A stretch of 35,237 nt of DNA, taken from positions 1 to 35,237 of the forward strand of contig DAOVNY010000002.1 in assembly GCA_030630005.1 (NCBI GenBank), written 5' to 3'. The position numbers and the translations under genes are program-made. Origin of the DNA: Bacteroidales bacterium. GTDB lineage: Bacteria > Bacteroidota > Bacteroidia > Bacteroidales > JAIORY01. The notes below the pieces were generated by a model. That model did not search any database. It had not been told where the DNA came from and saw only the letters and a list, made by a program, of their open reading frames with translations. Below, piece by piece: positions 17,289 to 26,601 of this stretch (position 1 is the stretch's first letter; each line of letters opens with the position of its first letter).

Positions 17289-18758
17289 ATGAAAAACAAA
17301 GAAAAAGTATTAGAAAACACGATTAAGAGATGTAGAGAACGACATATTATTCTTCCCACATATAAACAAATGAGAAATCCTGAATTGATTCCGGAAAAGA
17401 TCAATGAAAAACTAAAAAACATAGGTTTATGGGATCTGAATTCACTCAATTTATTTAGAATTACGTGGAAAAATGAGCCACAAAAATTCGGTGGTGGCTT
17501 TGGAGATGTTAACTTTTTGGAATTGCCACCGGAATTAACCGGAGTAAAAGCCAGAATAATAATGCTTGTTGGAAAGTTTTTTCCCACCGGAGCACACAAA
17601 GTAGGTGCTACTTTTGGACCACTTGTTGAAAAATTAATTTCCGGCAGCTTTGACCCGACACAACAAAAAGCTTTATGGCCATCAACCGGAAATTATTGTC
17701 GCGGTGGTGCTTATGATTCATACCTTCTTGGCTGCGATTCAATAGCAGTTTTGCCCGAAGGAATGTCGAAAGAAAGATTTGACTGGTTGCATAAAGTAGG
17801 AGCAGAAGTTTTTGCCACCCCGGGAACCGAAAGTAATGTAAAAGAAATTTACGATAAAGTTAAAGAACTCCTTGCTCAGCGGGGAGATGAAATTGTAAAT
17901 CTTAATCAATTTGATGAAATCGGAAATACTCTTTGGCATTACGCTGTAACCGGACCTGCTATAGAAGAAGTTTTTAATTCTGTAAAGAATAAAGACAATA
18001 GATTTTCGGCATTATTTTTAACTCAAGGTTCAGCAGGAACGCTTGGTAGTGCAGATTATTTAAGAAAATTGCATCCTGAATTCAAAGTCTGTGCAGGCGA
18101 AGCTCTTCAATGCCCTACCCTACTACAAAACGGTTTTGGCGAACATCGCATCGAAGGTATCGGCGATAAACACGTTCCTTGGATTCATAATATTAAAAAT
18201 ATGGATATGGTTGCCGGAATTGACGACAATCCGAATATGCGAATTATGCGATTATTTAATGAAGAAGCAGGGAAAGAATTTCTCAAAAAGGAAATCAAAA
18301 TTAATCCTGAATTAGTTGATAAACTTGATCTTCTTGGTATTTCTTCGATTGCAAATCTTATGGGCTCAATTAAAATGGCTAAATATTATGAAATGGATGA
18401 AAATGATGTTATTTTTACTGTAGCTACAGATTCTATGGAATTGTATCAATCAAGATTGGCAGAAGAAAAAGAAAAGCATGGAAATTTTGATAACAGATCA
18501 GCAGCCGTTAGCTTTGATGCCGACCTGATGAAAATCAATATCGACAACATTATCGAAATGAATTATTATGAAAAGAAACGCATGCATAATCTTAAATACT
18601 TTACATGGATCGAGCAACAAGGCAAAACAGTTGAAGAATTAAATGCTCAGTGGTATGATAATAATTATTGGAAATCGCATTATGCAAAAGTTGATGAATG
18701 GGATGAAAAAATAAATGAGTTTAATGAAAGAACGGGCTTGTTGAAGGAATATAAATAA
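17289..18758 (+). CDS. Fold-type-II (Trp-synthase-beta-like) PLP-dependent enzyme, long form, specificity unknown
   Basis: 489 aa. Candidate PLP-lysine segment FFPTGAHKVGATFG, a glycine-rich phosphate loop TQGSAGTLGS, and PALP-like layout with N- and C-terminal extensions. Confidence 0.7.
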   Translation: MKNKEKVLENTIKRCRERHIILPTYKQMRNPELIPEKINEKLKNIGLWDLNSLNLFRITWKNEPQKFGGGFGDVNFLELPPELTGVKARIIMLVGKFFPTGAHKVGATFGPLVEKLISGSFDPTQQKALWPSTGNYCRGGAYDSYLLGCDSIAVLPEGMSKERFDWLHKVGAEVFATPGTESNVKEIYDKVKELLAQRGDEIVNLNQFDEIGNTLWHYAVTGPAIEEVFNSVKNKDNRFSALFLTQGSAGTLGSADYLRKLHPEFKVCAGEALQCPTLLQNGFGEHRIEGIGDKHVPWIHNIKNMDMVAGIDDNPNMRIMRLFNEEAGKEFLKKEIKINPELVDKLDLLGISSIANLMGSIKMAKYYEMDENDVIFTVATDSMELYQSRLAEEKEKHGNFDNRSAAVSFDADLMKINIDNIIEMNYYEKKRMHNLKYFTWIEQQGKTVEELNAQWYDNNYWKSHYAKVDEWDEKINEFNERTGLLKEYK

Positions 18759-18828
18759 AGTTAGTAATTAAGATCAAAACATTAGAAACAAATTGAATAT
18801 CGAATAATGATTTGAGATTTAATAAATA

Positions 18829-20064
18829 ATGAGAAAACCTGAACATCATTTTCAATGTATCAACTGCGGAAATCATTTCAACAAAGATGAGGTAAAATAT
18901 TTATGCCCTGATTGTAGTGAAAATAATTCATCTGCTTCTCCTCCAAAAGGAGTTTTAAAAACCATTTATGATTATGAAAATCTTAAAAAAGAAATTTCAG
19001 GATTTGTTCAATTAAAACAAAATAATTTTATTGATATTTTACCAATAAAAAATAGTAAAAACCTCCCAAATTTGCGTATTGGCAACACTCCTTTGTATTC
19101 AATAAAAAACATAGATGATTCAAAATTACCTTTTAATCTTTTCCTGAAAGATGATTCTCAAAATCCTACTTTCTCATTCAAAGACAGGGCTTCTGCGATT
19201 GTTTCGGCTTATGCAAAAGAAAATGGATTTAAAACAATTGTTACCGCTTCAACCGGAAATGCCGGATCTTCATTGGCAGGTATTTGTGCATCGCAAGGAC
19301 AAAAAGCTGTTATTATTGTTCCTGAGAAAGCACCTGCCGCTAAGCTCACTCAAATAATTATGTATGGTGCCAAAATTATTCCCGTTAAGGGAAATTATGA
19401 CGATGCTTTTGATTTGAGTATTGAGGCAACAAAAGAGTTTGGATGGTACAATCGCAACACAGCTTTCAACCCTTTCACTATAGAAGGGAAAAAAACCGTT
19501 TCCTTCGAACTATATGAGCAATTGAATTTTACTGTTCCCGATAATATTTTTGTCCCTGTGGGTGATGGCGTGATAATTTCCGGTATTTATAAAGGTTTTG
19601 AAGATCTGTTAAAACTCAATATCATCAAAAAAATGCCATGCATTATTGCTGTTCAATCCAATGAAAGCGATAATTTGATTAGAAACATCAACAAACAAAA
19701 ATTCATCAGCAAAAGCAGTTCAACTATTGCCGATTCGATTTCTGTTGATATTCCAAGGAATTTTTATATGACTCAACATTTTATTAAAACTTATGATGGG
19801 AAATGTTTATCTGTTTCGGATGATGAGATAATAAAAGCCTCTTCAATATTATCTAAAAACACAGGTCTTTTTGCCGAACCTGCTGCTGCCGCTGCTTTTG
19901 CAGGATTATTATCATATTCAAAAAATCATCAAATATCTGAAAGTTCAAATAATGTTGTATTGCTTACCGGAAGCGGTCTTAAAGATTTGAATTCTGTTAA
20001 AAAAATAATTAATATTCCTGATGCGATTGCACCATCAATCAAGGAATTGAAAAAACTTTTCTAA
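18829..20064 (+). CDS. Threonine-synthase-like PLP enzyme with N-terminal zinc ribbon
   Basis: 411 aa. CINCGNHF...CPDCS ribbon, PLP-lysine motif NPTFSFKDRAS, STGNAGSSLA, and GSGLKD near the C-terminus. This is the short ThrC-family architecture. Confidence 0.8.
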   Translation: MRKPEHHFQCINCGNHFNKDEVKYLCPDCSENNSSASPPKGVLKTIYDYENLKKEISGFVQLKQNNFIDILPIKNSKNLPNLRIGNTPLYSIKNIDDSKLPFNLFLKDDSQNPTFSFKDRASAIVSAYAKENGFKTIVTASTGNAGSSLAGICASQGQKAVIIVPEKAPAAKLTQIIMYGAKIIPVKGNYDDAFDLSIEATKEFGWYNRNTAFNPFTIEGKKTVSFELYEQLNFTVPDNIFVPVGDGVIISGIYKGFEDLLKLNIIKKMPCIIAVQSNESDNLIRNINKQKFISKSSSTIADSISVDIPRNFYMTQHFIKTYDGKCLSVSDDEIIKASSILSKNTGLFAEPAAAAAFAGLLSYSKNHQISESSNNVVLLTGSGLKDLNSVKKIINIPDAIAPSIKELKKLF

Positions 20065-22625
20065 TGATAACATTTATCTTAAACGGAATAAAAAAATCCT
20101 ACTCAGGCAATCCTGATAAAACACTTCTGGATTATCTGAGAAACGATCAGAAAATCACTTCTGTAAAAGACGGATGTTCCGGTGAGGGAGTTTGCGGTGC
20201 TTGTACGGTTGAGATAAATGGAAAAGCAAAATTATCCTGTGTTACAAAAATGAGAAAACTTGAAGGTGCGGAAATTCTTACCCCCGAAGGTTTTCCTGAA
20301 TATGTGAAAGACACCATAGCAAAAGCCTTTGTTAACAAGGGAGCTGTGCAGTGTGGTTTTTGCACACCGGGATTTATCAGCCGCACAAAAGTACTTTTAC
20401 AAAACAATCCAAATCCATCAATTGAAGAAATTCAAAAAGCTATTAAACCACATCTTTGTCGATGTACCGGATATAAAAAAATTGAAGACGCAATAGAATT
20501 TGCAGCTGAAGCATTGCATAAAAATAAAAAACTCGAAATCACCAAAACATCAGGAAAGGTTGGTGTTTCACATCCAAAATATCAGGCTTATCAAACTGCA
20601 ATTGGCAAACGCAATTTTGTTGATGATATCAGCTTTGACGGAATGTTGCATTCAGCCTTAAAATTTAGCAATTATCCAAAAGCAAAAGTCCTGAAGATAA
20701 ATACAGAAAAAGCAAAAAAACTTTCCGGCGTACATAAAGTATTTACAGCAAAAGATATTCCAGGAGAAAAGAAAGTGGGTTTAATTTTGCAAGATTGGTC
20801 GGTGATGATAGCTGAGGGAAATATCACTCATTATATTGGCGATGTGATTGCCGGAGTTGTAGCCGACACAATTGAAATTGCCCGTAAAGCCGTTGAATTA
20901 ATTGAAGTTGTATATGAAGTTTTAAAGCCGGAAACCGATGTTTTCAAGGCTATTGACGGAGAACGAGTTCATCCCGAAAGACCAAATAATTTTAATACCA
21001 GCCAGTTTACTATTGGTGATGTTGATGAAATTTTTGCAAAATCTAAATATATCTCATCCGGAAAATTCGAGACACAGCGAGTAGAGCATGGATTTCTGGA
21101 AAAAGAATCTGCCATTGCACGCCCTGATGGAAAAGGAGGAATAGAGCTTTTTAGTCAAAGTCAGGGAGTTTATGAAGACCGCCGGCAGGTGGCAATGATA
21201 CTCGGTTTGCCCGAAGAAAAAGTGAGAGTAACACTGGTACCAAATGGCGGAGGATTTGGTGGAAAAGAGGATTTAAGTATTCAGGGTCATGTTTCTTTGT
21301 TTGCTTTTTTACTAAACAAACCGGTTAAATTAACGCTTTCGCGAAGCGAATCTATCAAGCTTCATCCCAAACGACATCCTGTTTTTATGGATATGAAAGT
21401 TGCTGCTGATGAAAACGGAAAACTGACTGCATTGAAATTACGTGCAGTTGGCGATACAGGAGCTTATGCTTCTGTCGGCGATAAAGTTCTTGAGCGTGTT
21501 GCAGGACATGCTGCCGGAGGATATTTTATTCCGGCTATTGATATTGAAGCAAAAACTGTTTATACAAATAATATTCCTTGCGGTGCTATGCGTGGGTTTG
21601 GAGCCAATCAGGTTACTTATGCGCTGGAAGTTTGCCTTGATGATATTTGCAAGAAAGCCGGATTCGACCGTTGGCAATTTCGTTATGATAATGCACTTGT
21701 GGATGGATTGCGGACTTCAACCGGACAAAAAGTTAATGGTGTTGGAATACGAGCTTGTCTCGAAGCTGTTAAAGAAGATTTCAATAATGCAAAGTATGCA
21801 GGAATAGCTTGTGGTATCAAAAATTCAGGTGTTGGAAACGGGATGATTGATGAGTCAAAAGTGAAAATTAAAATTGTTTCTGAAAATAAAATAGTTCTTT
21901 CACACGGCTGGACTGAAATGGGACAAGGTGTTCATAATATGGCTCTGCAAGTTCTTTGTCAGGAAACCGGAATCAATCCTGAAATTATTGAAGTTATTGT
22001 TGATACCGAAGACCAGATAAAAACAGGAATGACCACTTCATCGCGGGCGACAGCTTTGGTGGGTCTTGCAATAATTAATGCTGCAAAATCTTTAAAAGAA
22101 GATTTAAAAACTAAATTTTTGAATCAGTTAAGCGGAAAAACTTATCAGGGTGAGTTTGTTTGCGACTGGACAAGCAAACCAGGAGCTGATGTCAAAGACC
22201 CTGTAATTCATTATTCTTATGGTTATGCCGCACAAGTTTGTATTTTAGATGATAATGGAAATATTGAAAAAATTATTGCAGCTCATGATGCCGGAAAAAT
22301 TATGAATCCTATGCTTTTTGAAGGACAAATTCAGGGAGCTGTTCACATGGGATTAGGCTACGCCCTGACTGAAGACCTGCCAATGAAAGACGGATATTTG
22401 CTAAGTGATAAATATCGTGATTTGGGAATTTTACGAGCATACCAAACTCCGGAAATAATTGTAAAAGGCGTGGAAGTAAAAGACCCTGTTGGTCCTTATG
22501 GAGCAAAAGGTATTGGCGAAATCGGACTGGTTCCCACAGCAGGAGCTATTGCAAACGCCCTATGTAAATTCGATGGAAAACAGAGACTTAAACTTCCGAT
22601 GAAGAGGAAGAAAAAAAGAAAATAA
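20064..22625 (+). CDS. [2Fe-2S]-fused molybdopterin hydroxylase of the XdhD / selenium-dependent molybdenum hydroxylase type
   Basis: 853 aa. N-terminal GCSGEGVCGACT, QCGFCTPG and CRCTGY. Moco domain has GGGFGGKEDLS, AMRGFGANQV and KGIGEIGLVP. No FAD domain. The start codon shares 1 nt with the upstream stop (TAATG). Confidence 0.85.
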   Translation: MITFILNGIKKSYSGNPDKTLLDYLRNDQKITSVKDGCSGEGVCGACTVEINGKAKLSCVTKMRKLEGAEILTPEGFPEYVKDTIAKAFVNKGAVQCGFCTPGFISRTKVLLQNNPNPSIEEIQKAIKPHLCRCTGYKKIEDAIEFAAEALHKNKKLEITKTSGKVGVSHPKYQAYQTAIGKRNFVDDISFDGMLHSALKFSNYPKAKVLKINTEKAKKLSGVHKVFTAKDIPGEKKVGLILQDWSVMIAEGNITHYIGDVIAGVVADTIEIARKAVELIEVVYEVLKPETDVFKAIDGERVHPERPNNFNTSQFTIGDVDEIFAKSKYISSGKFETQRVEHGFLEKESAIARPDGKGGIELFSQSQGVYEDRRQVAMILGLPEEKVRVTLVPNGGGFGGKEDLSIQGHVSLFAFLLNKPVKLTLSRSESIKLHPKRHPVFMDMKVAADENGKLTALKLRAVGDTGAYASVGDKVLERVAGHAAGGYFIPAIDIEAKTVYTNNIPCGAMRGFGANQVTYALEVCLDDICKKAGFDRWQFRYDNALVDGLRTSTGQKVNGVGIRACLEAVKEDFNNAKYAGIACGIKNSGVGNGMIDESKVKIKIVSENKIVLSHGWTEMGQGVHNMALQVLCQETGINPEIIEVIVDTEDQIKTGMTTSSRATALVGLAIINAAKSLKEDLKTKFLNQLSGKTYQGEFVCDWTSKPGADVKDPVIHYSYGYAAQVCILDDNGNIEKIIAAHDAGKIMNPMLFEGQIQGAVHMGLGYALTEDLPMKDGYLLSDKYRDLGILRAYQTPEIIVKGVEVKDPVGPYGAKGIGEIGLVPTAGAIANALCKFDGKQRLKLPMKRKKKRK

Positions 22626-22627
22626 TT

Positions 22628-23908
22628 ATGTCAATACTCTTAAAAAACGCAACATACATAAATTGGGAAAATCTCCAATTCTCAAAAACCAATATTCTTG
22701 TTGAAGAAGGAGAAAATGGGAGTGTGAAATTTCTTGATAGTCTTGAAGGTATAAATCCCAATAGTAAAATAATTGACTGCACAGGAAAATTTGTAACAAA
22801 ATCCTTTGCTGTCGGGCATCATCATGTTTACTCAGCACTTTCGAGAGGAATGCCGACTCCAAAGAAAAGCCCAAACAATTTTTATGAAATATTAAAAAAT
22901 ATCTGGTGGACACTTGACAAAACTCTGGATAAAGACATGATAGAAGCAAGCGCATTAGCTACCGCAATAGCTTGTGCAAAAGCCGGATCTACCTTTGTAA
23001 TTGATCATCACGCATCACCAAATTTTATTACCGGCTCTCTTGATATAATTGCCAAAGCTTTTGAAAAAGTCGGGATAAATCATTTGCTGTGTTATGAAAT
23101 TACAGACAGAGATGGAATTGAAAAGGCAGAATTGGGTCTTTCCGAAACAGAAAATTATTTAAAGCAAAATCAGGGTCTTATTGGCTTACATGCTTCTTTT
23201 ACGGTTGGTGAAAATACTTTAAGAAAAGCATCCGACCTTATGAATAAATACAATTCCGGAATTCACATTCATGTTGCGGAAGACAATTATGACCAAGAAC
23301 ATTGTATAAAAAATTACAACAAACGGGTTGTTGAAAGATTAAACGATTATGGTATTCTTAATTCATCAAAAACAATTCTTGGACACTGTTTGAAAATCAA
23401 TAAAAATGAACGGAATTTGATTAAAAACTCAAAAGCATTTATTGTTCAAAATACAGAAAGCAATCTTAATAATAATGTCGGTTATTTTAATTCGGAAGGA
23501 TTAGGAAAAAATATTATGCTCGGAACTGACGGTATGCACAGCGACATGATACGAAGTGCTCAAGCTGCATATTTCGTAGGACAGGGATTTGATAAAATTG
23601 ATTTCCAGTCTTCTTATGAGAGATTCAGAAATGTTCATAATTATCTAAAAACAAATAACTTTAAGGGTGATGGCAAAAACAATCTTGTCGTTTTTGATTA
23701 TGATAGTCCAACTGAAATGAATGAAAATAATTTTCTTGGTCATTTTATTTTCGGATTAAATTCAAAATATATTCAACATGTTATTTCAAATGGAAAATTA
23801 ATTGTGAAAGACGGAAAAATTAAAACTGTTAATGAAAAAGAAATTTTAGATTTTTCAAAAGAAATAGCAAATAGGCTTTGGGATAGAATGCAATCGAATA
23901 AACCTTAA
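22628..23908 (+). CDS. ssnA: SsnA-family amidohydrolase
   Basis: 426 aa. GHHHVYSALSRGM, NIWWTLDKTLD, FVIDHHASPNFITGSLD, HIHVAEDNYD and GTDGMHSDM run collinear with E. coli SsnA as I remember it. It starts 2 nt after the upstream stop. Confidence 0.9.
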   Translation: MSILLKNATYINWENLQFSKTNILVEEGENGSVKFLDSLEGINPNSKIIDCTGKFVTKSFAVGHHHVYSALSRGMPTPKKSPNNFYEILKNIWWTLDKTLDKDMIEASALATAIACAKAGSTFVIDHHASPNFITGSLDIIAKAFEKVGINHLLCYEITDRDGIEKAELGLSETENYLKQNQGLIGLHASFTVGENTLRKASDLMNKYNSGIHIHVAEDNYDQEHCIKNYNKRVVERLNDYGILNSSKTILGHCLKINKNERNLIKNSKAFIVQNTESNLNNNVGYFNSEGLGKNIMLGTDGMHSDMIRSAQAAYFVGQGFDKIDFQSSYERFRNVHNYLKTNNFKGDGKNNLVVFDYDSPTEMNENNFLGHFIFGLNSKYIQHVISNGKLIVKDGKIKTVNEKEILDFSKEIANRLWDRMQSNKP

Positions 23909-23930
23909 ATCCGCAGGCGGATTCATTTTG
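23908..23930 (+). terminator. Small stem-loop plus T-run immediately after the ssnA stop
   Basis: aatccg (23908-23913), loop cagg, cggatt (23918-23923), then cattttg. The stem is only 6 bp. Confidence 0.45.
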
Positions 23931-23931
23931 A

Positions 23932-23958
23932 CACTAATTTCACTAATTTGCACTAATA
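23932..23958 (+). repeat. Three tandem ~10-nt units, cactaattt(g)
   Basis: cactaattt cactaatttg cactaata, read directly. Flanked by 23907-23914 (aaatccgc) and its exact reverse complement at 23968-23975 (gcggattt). Confidence 0.75.
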
Positions 23959-24014
23959 AAAATCCTTGCGGATTTATGTATAAATAATATTTCAATTAAT
24001 CAGAGATATTTCAC

Positions 24015-25385
24015 ATGAACATTTTAATCAAAAACGGTACAATTATAACATCAGAAAAAACATTTAAATCTGATATCCTTATCGGGAATGGGAAAATACT
24101 CAAGATCAGTAATCATCTCAAATCAAACAATACAATTGATAAAGAAATTAATGCTGAAGGAAATTATATTTTTCCCGGTGGTATTGATCCTCACGTTCAT
24201 ATGCATTTACCAACTCCTGCGGGATTTTCTTCAGATGATTTTTTGTCGGGTAGCAAAGCTGCTCTATTTGGTGGAACAACAACAATGATTGACTTTGTTA
24301 CTCCCCGAAAAGATCAATCCCTGATTGATGCCTTAAATGAAAGAAAAAAGGAAGCATTGAATTCAATTATTGATTATTCTTTTCATGTAAGTCCCGTGGA
24401 ATGGACAAAAACAAGCGAGCAAGAAATCAAATCCATAATTCAGGATGAAGGTATAAATTCTTTTAAAATATACATGGCTTATAAAAATACTATTGGTCTT
24501 GATGATGAAGATATTTTGAAAGTTATGAAAGTTGTTGGGAAAGCAGGAGGAATAGTTACTTCACATTGTGAATTGGGTGATGATATTGAAAAACTTAGGA
24601 ACTCCTTTGCGGAAAATGGAAATCTTAGTCCTGAATTTCATCCAAAATCACGTTCTCCTGAAATGGAATTTAAAGCTGTAAAAAAAGCAATTGAGCTTGC
24701 AAAAATTGCTGACTGTCCGCTTTACATTGTTCATGTTTCTGCAAAAGAATCATTAAAGTATATCAAAAAAGCACAACAAGAAGGACAAAAAGTTTTCGCC
24801 GAAACTTGTCCTCATTATTTATTATTAAATGATTTGAAATACAAAGGTGGGTTTCATAAAACTGCTCCTTTTGTTCTTAGTCCACCTTTGCGAAAGCAAG
24901 AAGACAATGAAGCACTTTGGGAGGCGATAATTGATGGAACAATTCAAACTATCGGAACTGATCATTGTCCATTTATGCTTAAACAAAAAGAGTTTGGAAT
25001 TAATGATTTTCGAAAAATTCCAAATGGTGCTGGAGGTATTGAACACAGGCTTGCACTAATTTACACTTTTGGTGTTCTTGAAAACAAAATCATATTAAAT
25101 CGTTTTGTTGACATAATTTCTACACAAGCAGCAAAAATATTTGGACTTTATCCTGCTAAAGGTGAAATCGCTGAAAACTCAGATGCAGATTTGATAATTT
25201 GGGATACTGAAAAAGAAAATATTATTTCAGCAAAAACTCATCATCAAAATTGTGATACTAATATTTTTGAAAATATTAAAACAAAAGGTGCTGTAAAACA
25301 TCTCATTAAAAATGGTGAAATTGTAATTCTGGATGGTGAATTATTGTCTGAAAAAATTAAAGGGAATTTTCTGAAAAGAAGCTAA
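24015..25385 (+). CDS. hyuA: Dihydropyrimidinase / D-hydantoinase-family cyclic amidohydrolase
   Basis: 456 aa. PGGIDPHVHM metal-binding motif, FKIYMAYK (carboxylated-Lys region), VTSHCE, IVHVS, GTDHCPF. Confidence 0.85.
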   Translation: MNILIKNGTIITSEKTFKSDILIGNGKILKISNHLKSNNTIDKEINAEGNYIFPGGIDPHVHMHLPTPAGFSSDDFLSGSKAALFGGTTTMIDFVTPRKDQSLIDALNERKKEALNSIIDYSFHVSPVEWTKTSEQEIKSIIQDEGINSFKIYMAYKNTIGLDDEDILKVMKVVGKAGGIVTSHCELGDDIEKLRNSFAENGNLSPEFHPKSRSPEMEFKAVKKAIELAKIADCPLYIVHVSAKESLKYIKKAQQEGQKVFAETCPHYLLLNDLKYKGGFHKTAPFVLSPPLRKQEDNEALWEAIIDGTIQTIGTDHCPFMLKQKEFGINDFRKIPNGAGGIEHRLALIYTFGVLENKIILNRFVDIISTQAAKIFGLYPAKGEIAENSDADLIIWDTEKENIISAKTHHQNCDTNIFENIKTKGAVKHLIKNGEIVILDGELLSEKIKGNFLKRS

Positions 25386-25402
25386 ATGAACAAGATCCCA
25401 TT

Positions 25403-26590
25403 TCAAACCCCTGCCCTTTTCAAATTCCTATCTAAAATATTTCTTAAAATCTTAGAAGGATATTTGAATTTATTTGTAAACATCATAGCAGCAATTATGT
25501 ATGGTTTGAATCCGGCTTCGTGATAAGTTTTAATTCTGTATTTTTCAAAAACATCAGCATTTACCTCGCCTTCTTTGCACGAAACACCCGAAATATCAGC
25601 AGGAAGACAGTGCATATAAAGAGCATTTTTGTTTTTTGTAAGATTCATTTTTTCTTCATCATACTCCCAATCTTTGTGTTTTGCATTTTCGGCAAGGCAT
25701 GATTTTTCAAGATTATCAAGACCGGTTTTATCATTTGCTTTTAATAAATCCGTTCGTTTTTGCATAATATGAAATGGTGCCCAACTTTTGGGATAAACAA
25801 TGTCTGCATCCTTGACTGCCTCCTTCATTGAATGACTGATATTAAATGAGCCTCTACTATTTTTTGCGTTGTTACGGGCAATATCAACAATTTCAGGAAT
25901 AAGGTCATATCCTTTTGGGTAAGCTAATTCGATGTTTATTCCAAAACGTGACATCAGAGCAATAATTCCCTGAGGAACAGACAATGGTTTTCCATAACTT
26001 GGCGAGTATGCCCAGCTTATAACGATCTTTTTATCTTTCAGATTTTCGAGTGAGCCAAAATATTTTTTCAAATGTAAAAGATCAGCCATTGATTGGGTGG
26101 GATGATCCATGTCACATTGAAGATTTACAATTCCCGGGCGGGATGGCAATACATTATTTTCATAACCCTCGTCAAGAGCATCAGCCACTTCACGCATATA
26201 TTTATTTCCTTCGCCAAGAAACATATCATCACGAATTCCAATAAAATCAGTTAAAAATGAAATCATATTTGCAGTCTCTCTGACTGTTTCGCCATGAGCA
26301 ATCTGAGATTTTTCCTCATCCATATCCTGAACTTCCAAACCTAATAAATTGCTTGCCGAAGCATAAGAAAATCTTGTCCTTGTTGATTTATCTCTAAAGA
26401 TAGAAACTGCCAACCCGGAATCAAAAACTTTTGAAGATATGTTTTGCTCTCTCAGTTGTTTCAGAATATCAGCCACTTCCAGAATCATCAGTAAATCGCT
26501 TTCACTTTTTTCCCAGCTTAAGAGAAAATCTTTTTTATACAGATTTGACTTTATCTGTTGTAACTTTTCAATTTTATTTTTGAGATCCAT
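25403..26590 (-). CDS. ygeW: YgeW-type (knotted) carbamoyltransferase
   Basis: 395 aa. SIFRDKSTRTRFSYASA, KSQIAHGETVRETANMISF, NLQCDMDHPTQSMADL, WAYSPSYGKPLSVPQGII and YMHCLPADISGVSCKEGEV match E. coli YgeW, as I recall it, almost block for block. Confidence 0.92.
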   Translation of the reverse strand: MDLKNKIEKLQQIKSNLYKKDFLLSWEKSESDLLMILEVADILKQLREQNISSKVFDSGLAVSIFRDKSTRTRFSYASASNLLGLEVQDMDEEKSQIAHGETVRETANMISFLTDFIGIRDDMFLGEGNKYMREVADALDEGYENNVLPSRPGIVNLQCDMDHPTQSMADLLHLKKYFGSLENLKDKKIVISWAYSPSYGKPLSVPQGIIALMSRFGINIELAYPKGYDLIPEIVDIARNNAKNSRGSFNISHSMKEAVKDADIVYPKSWAPFHIMQKRTDLLKANDKTGLDNLEKSCLAENAKHKDWEYDEEKMNLTKNKNALYMHCLPADISGVSCKEGEVNADVFEKYRIKTYHEAGFKPYIIAAMMFTNKFKYPSKILRNILDRNLKRAGV

Positions 26591-26601
26591 AATTTTTCGA
26601 T

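Noticed and set aside
20064-22625. Selenocysteine recoding in the hydroxylase or neighbouring genes
   Set aside because: All ORFs in the locus are uninterrupted, with no in-frame TGA needing read-through. Selenium dependence in this enzyme class, if present, is through a labile cofactor ligand, not Sec.
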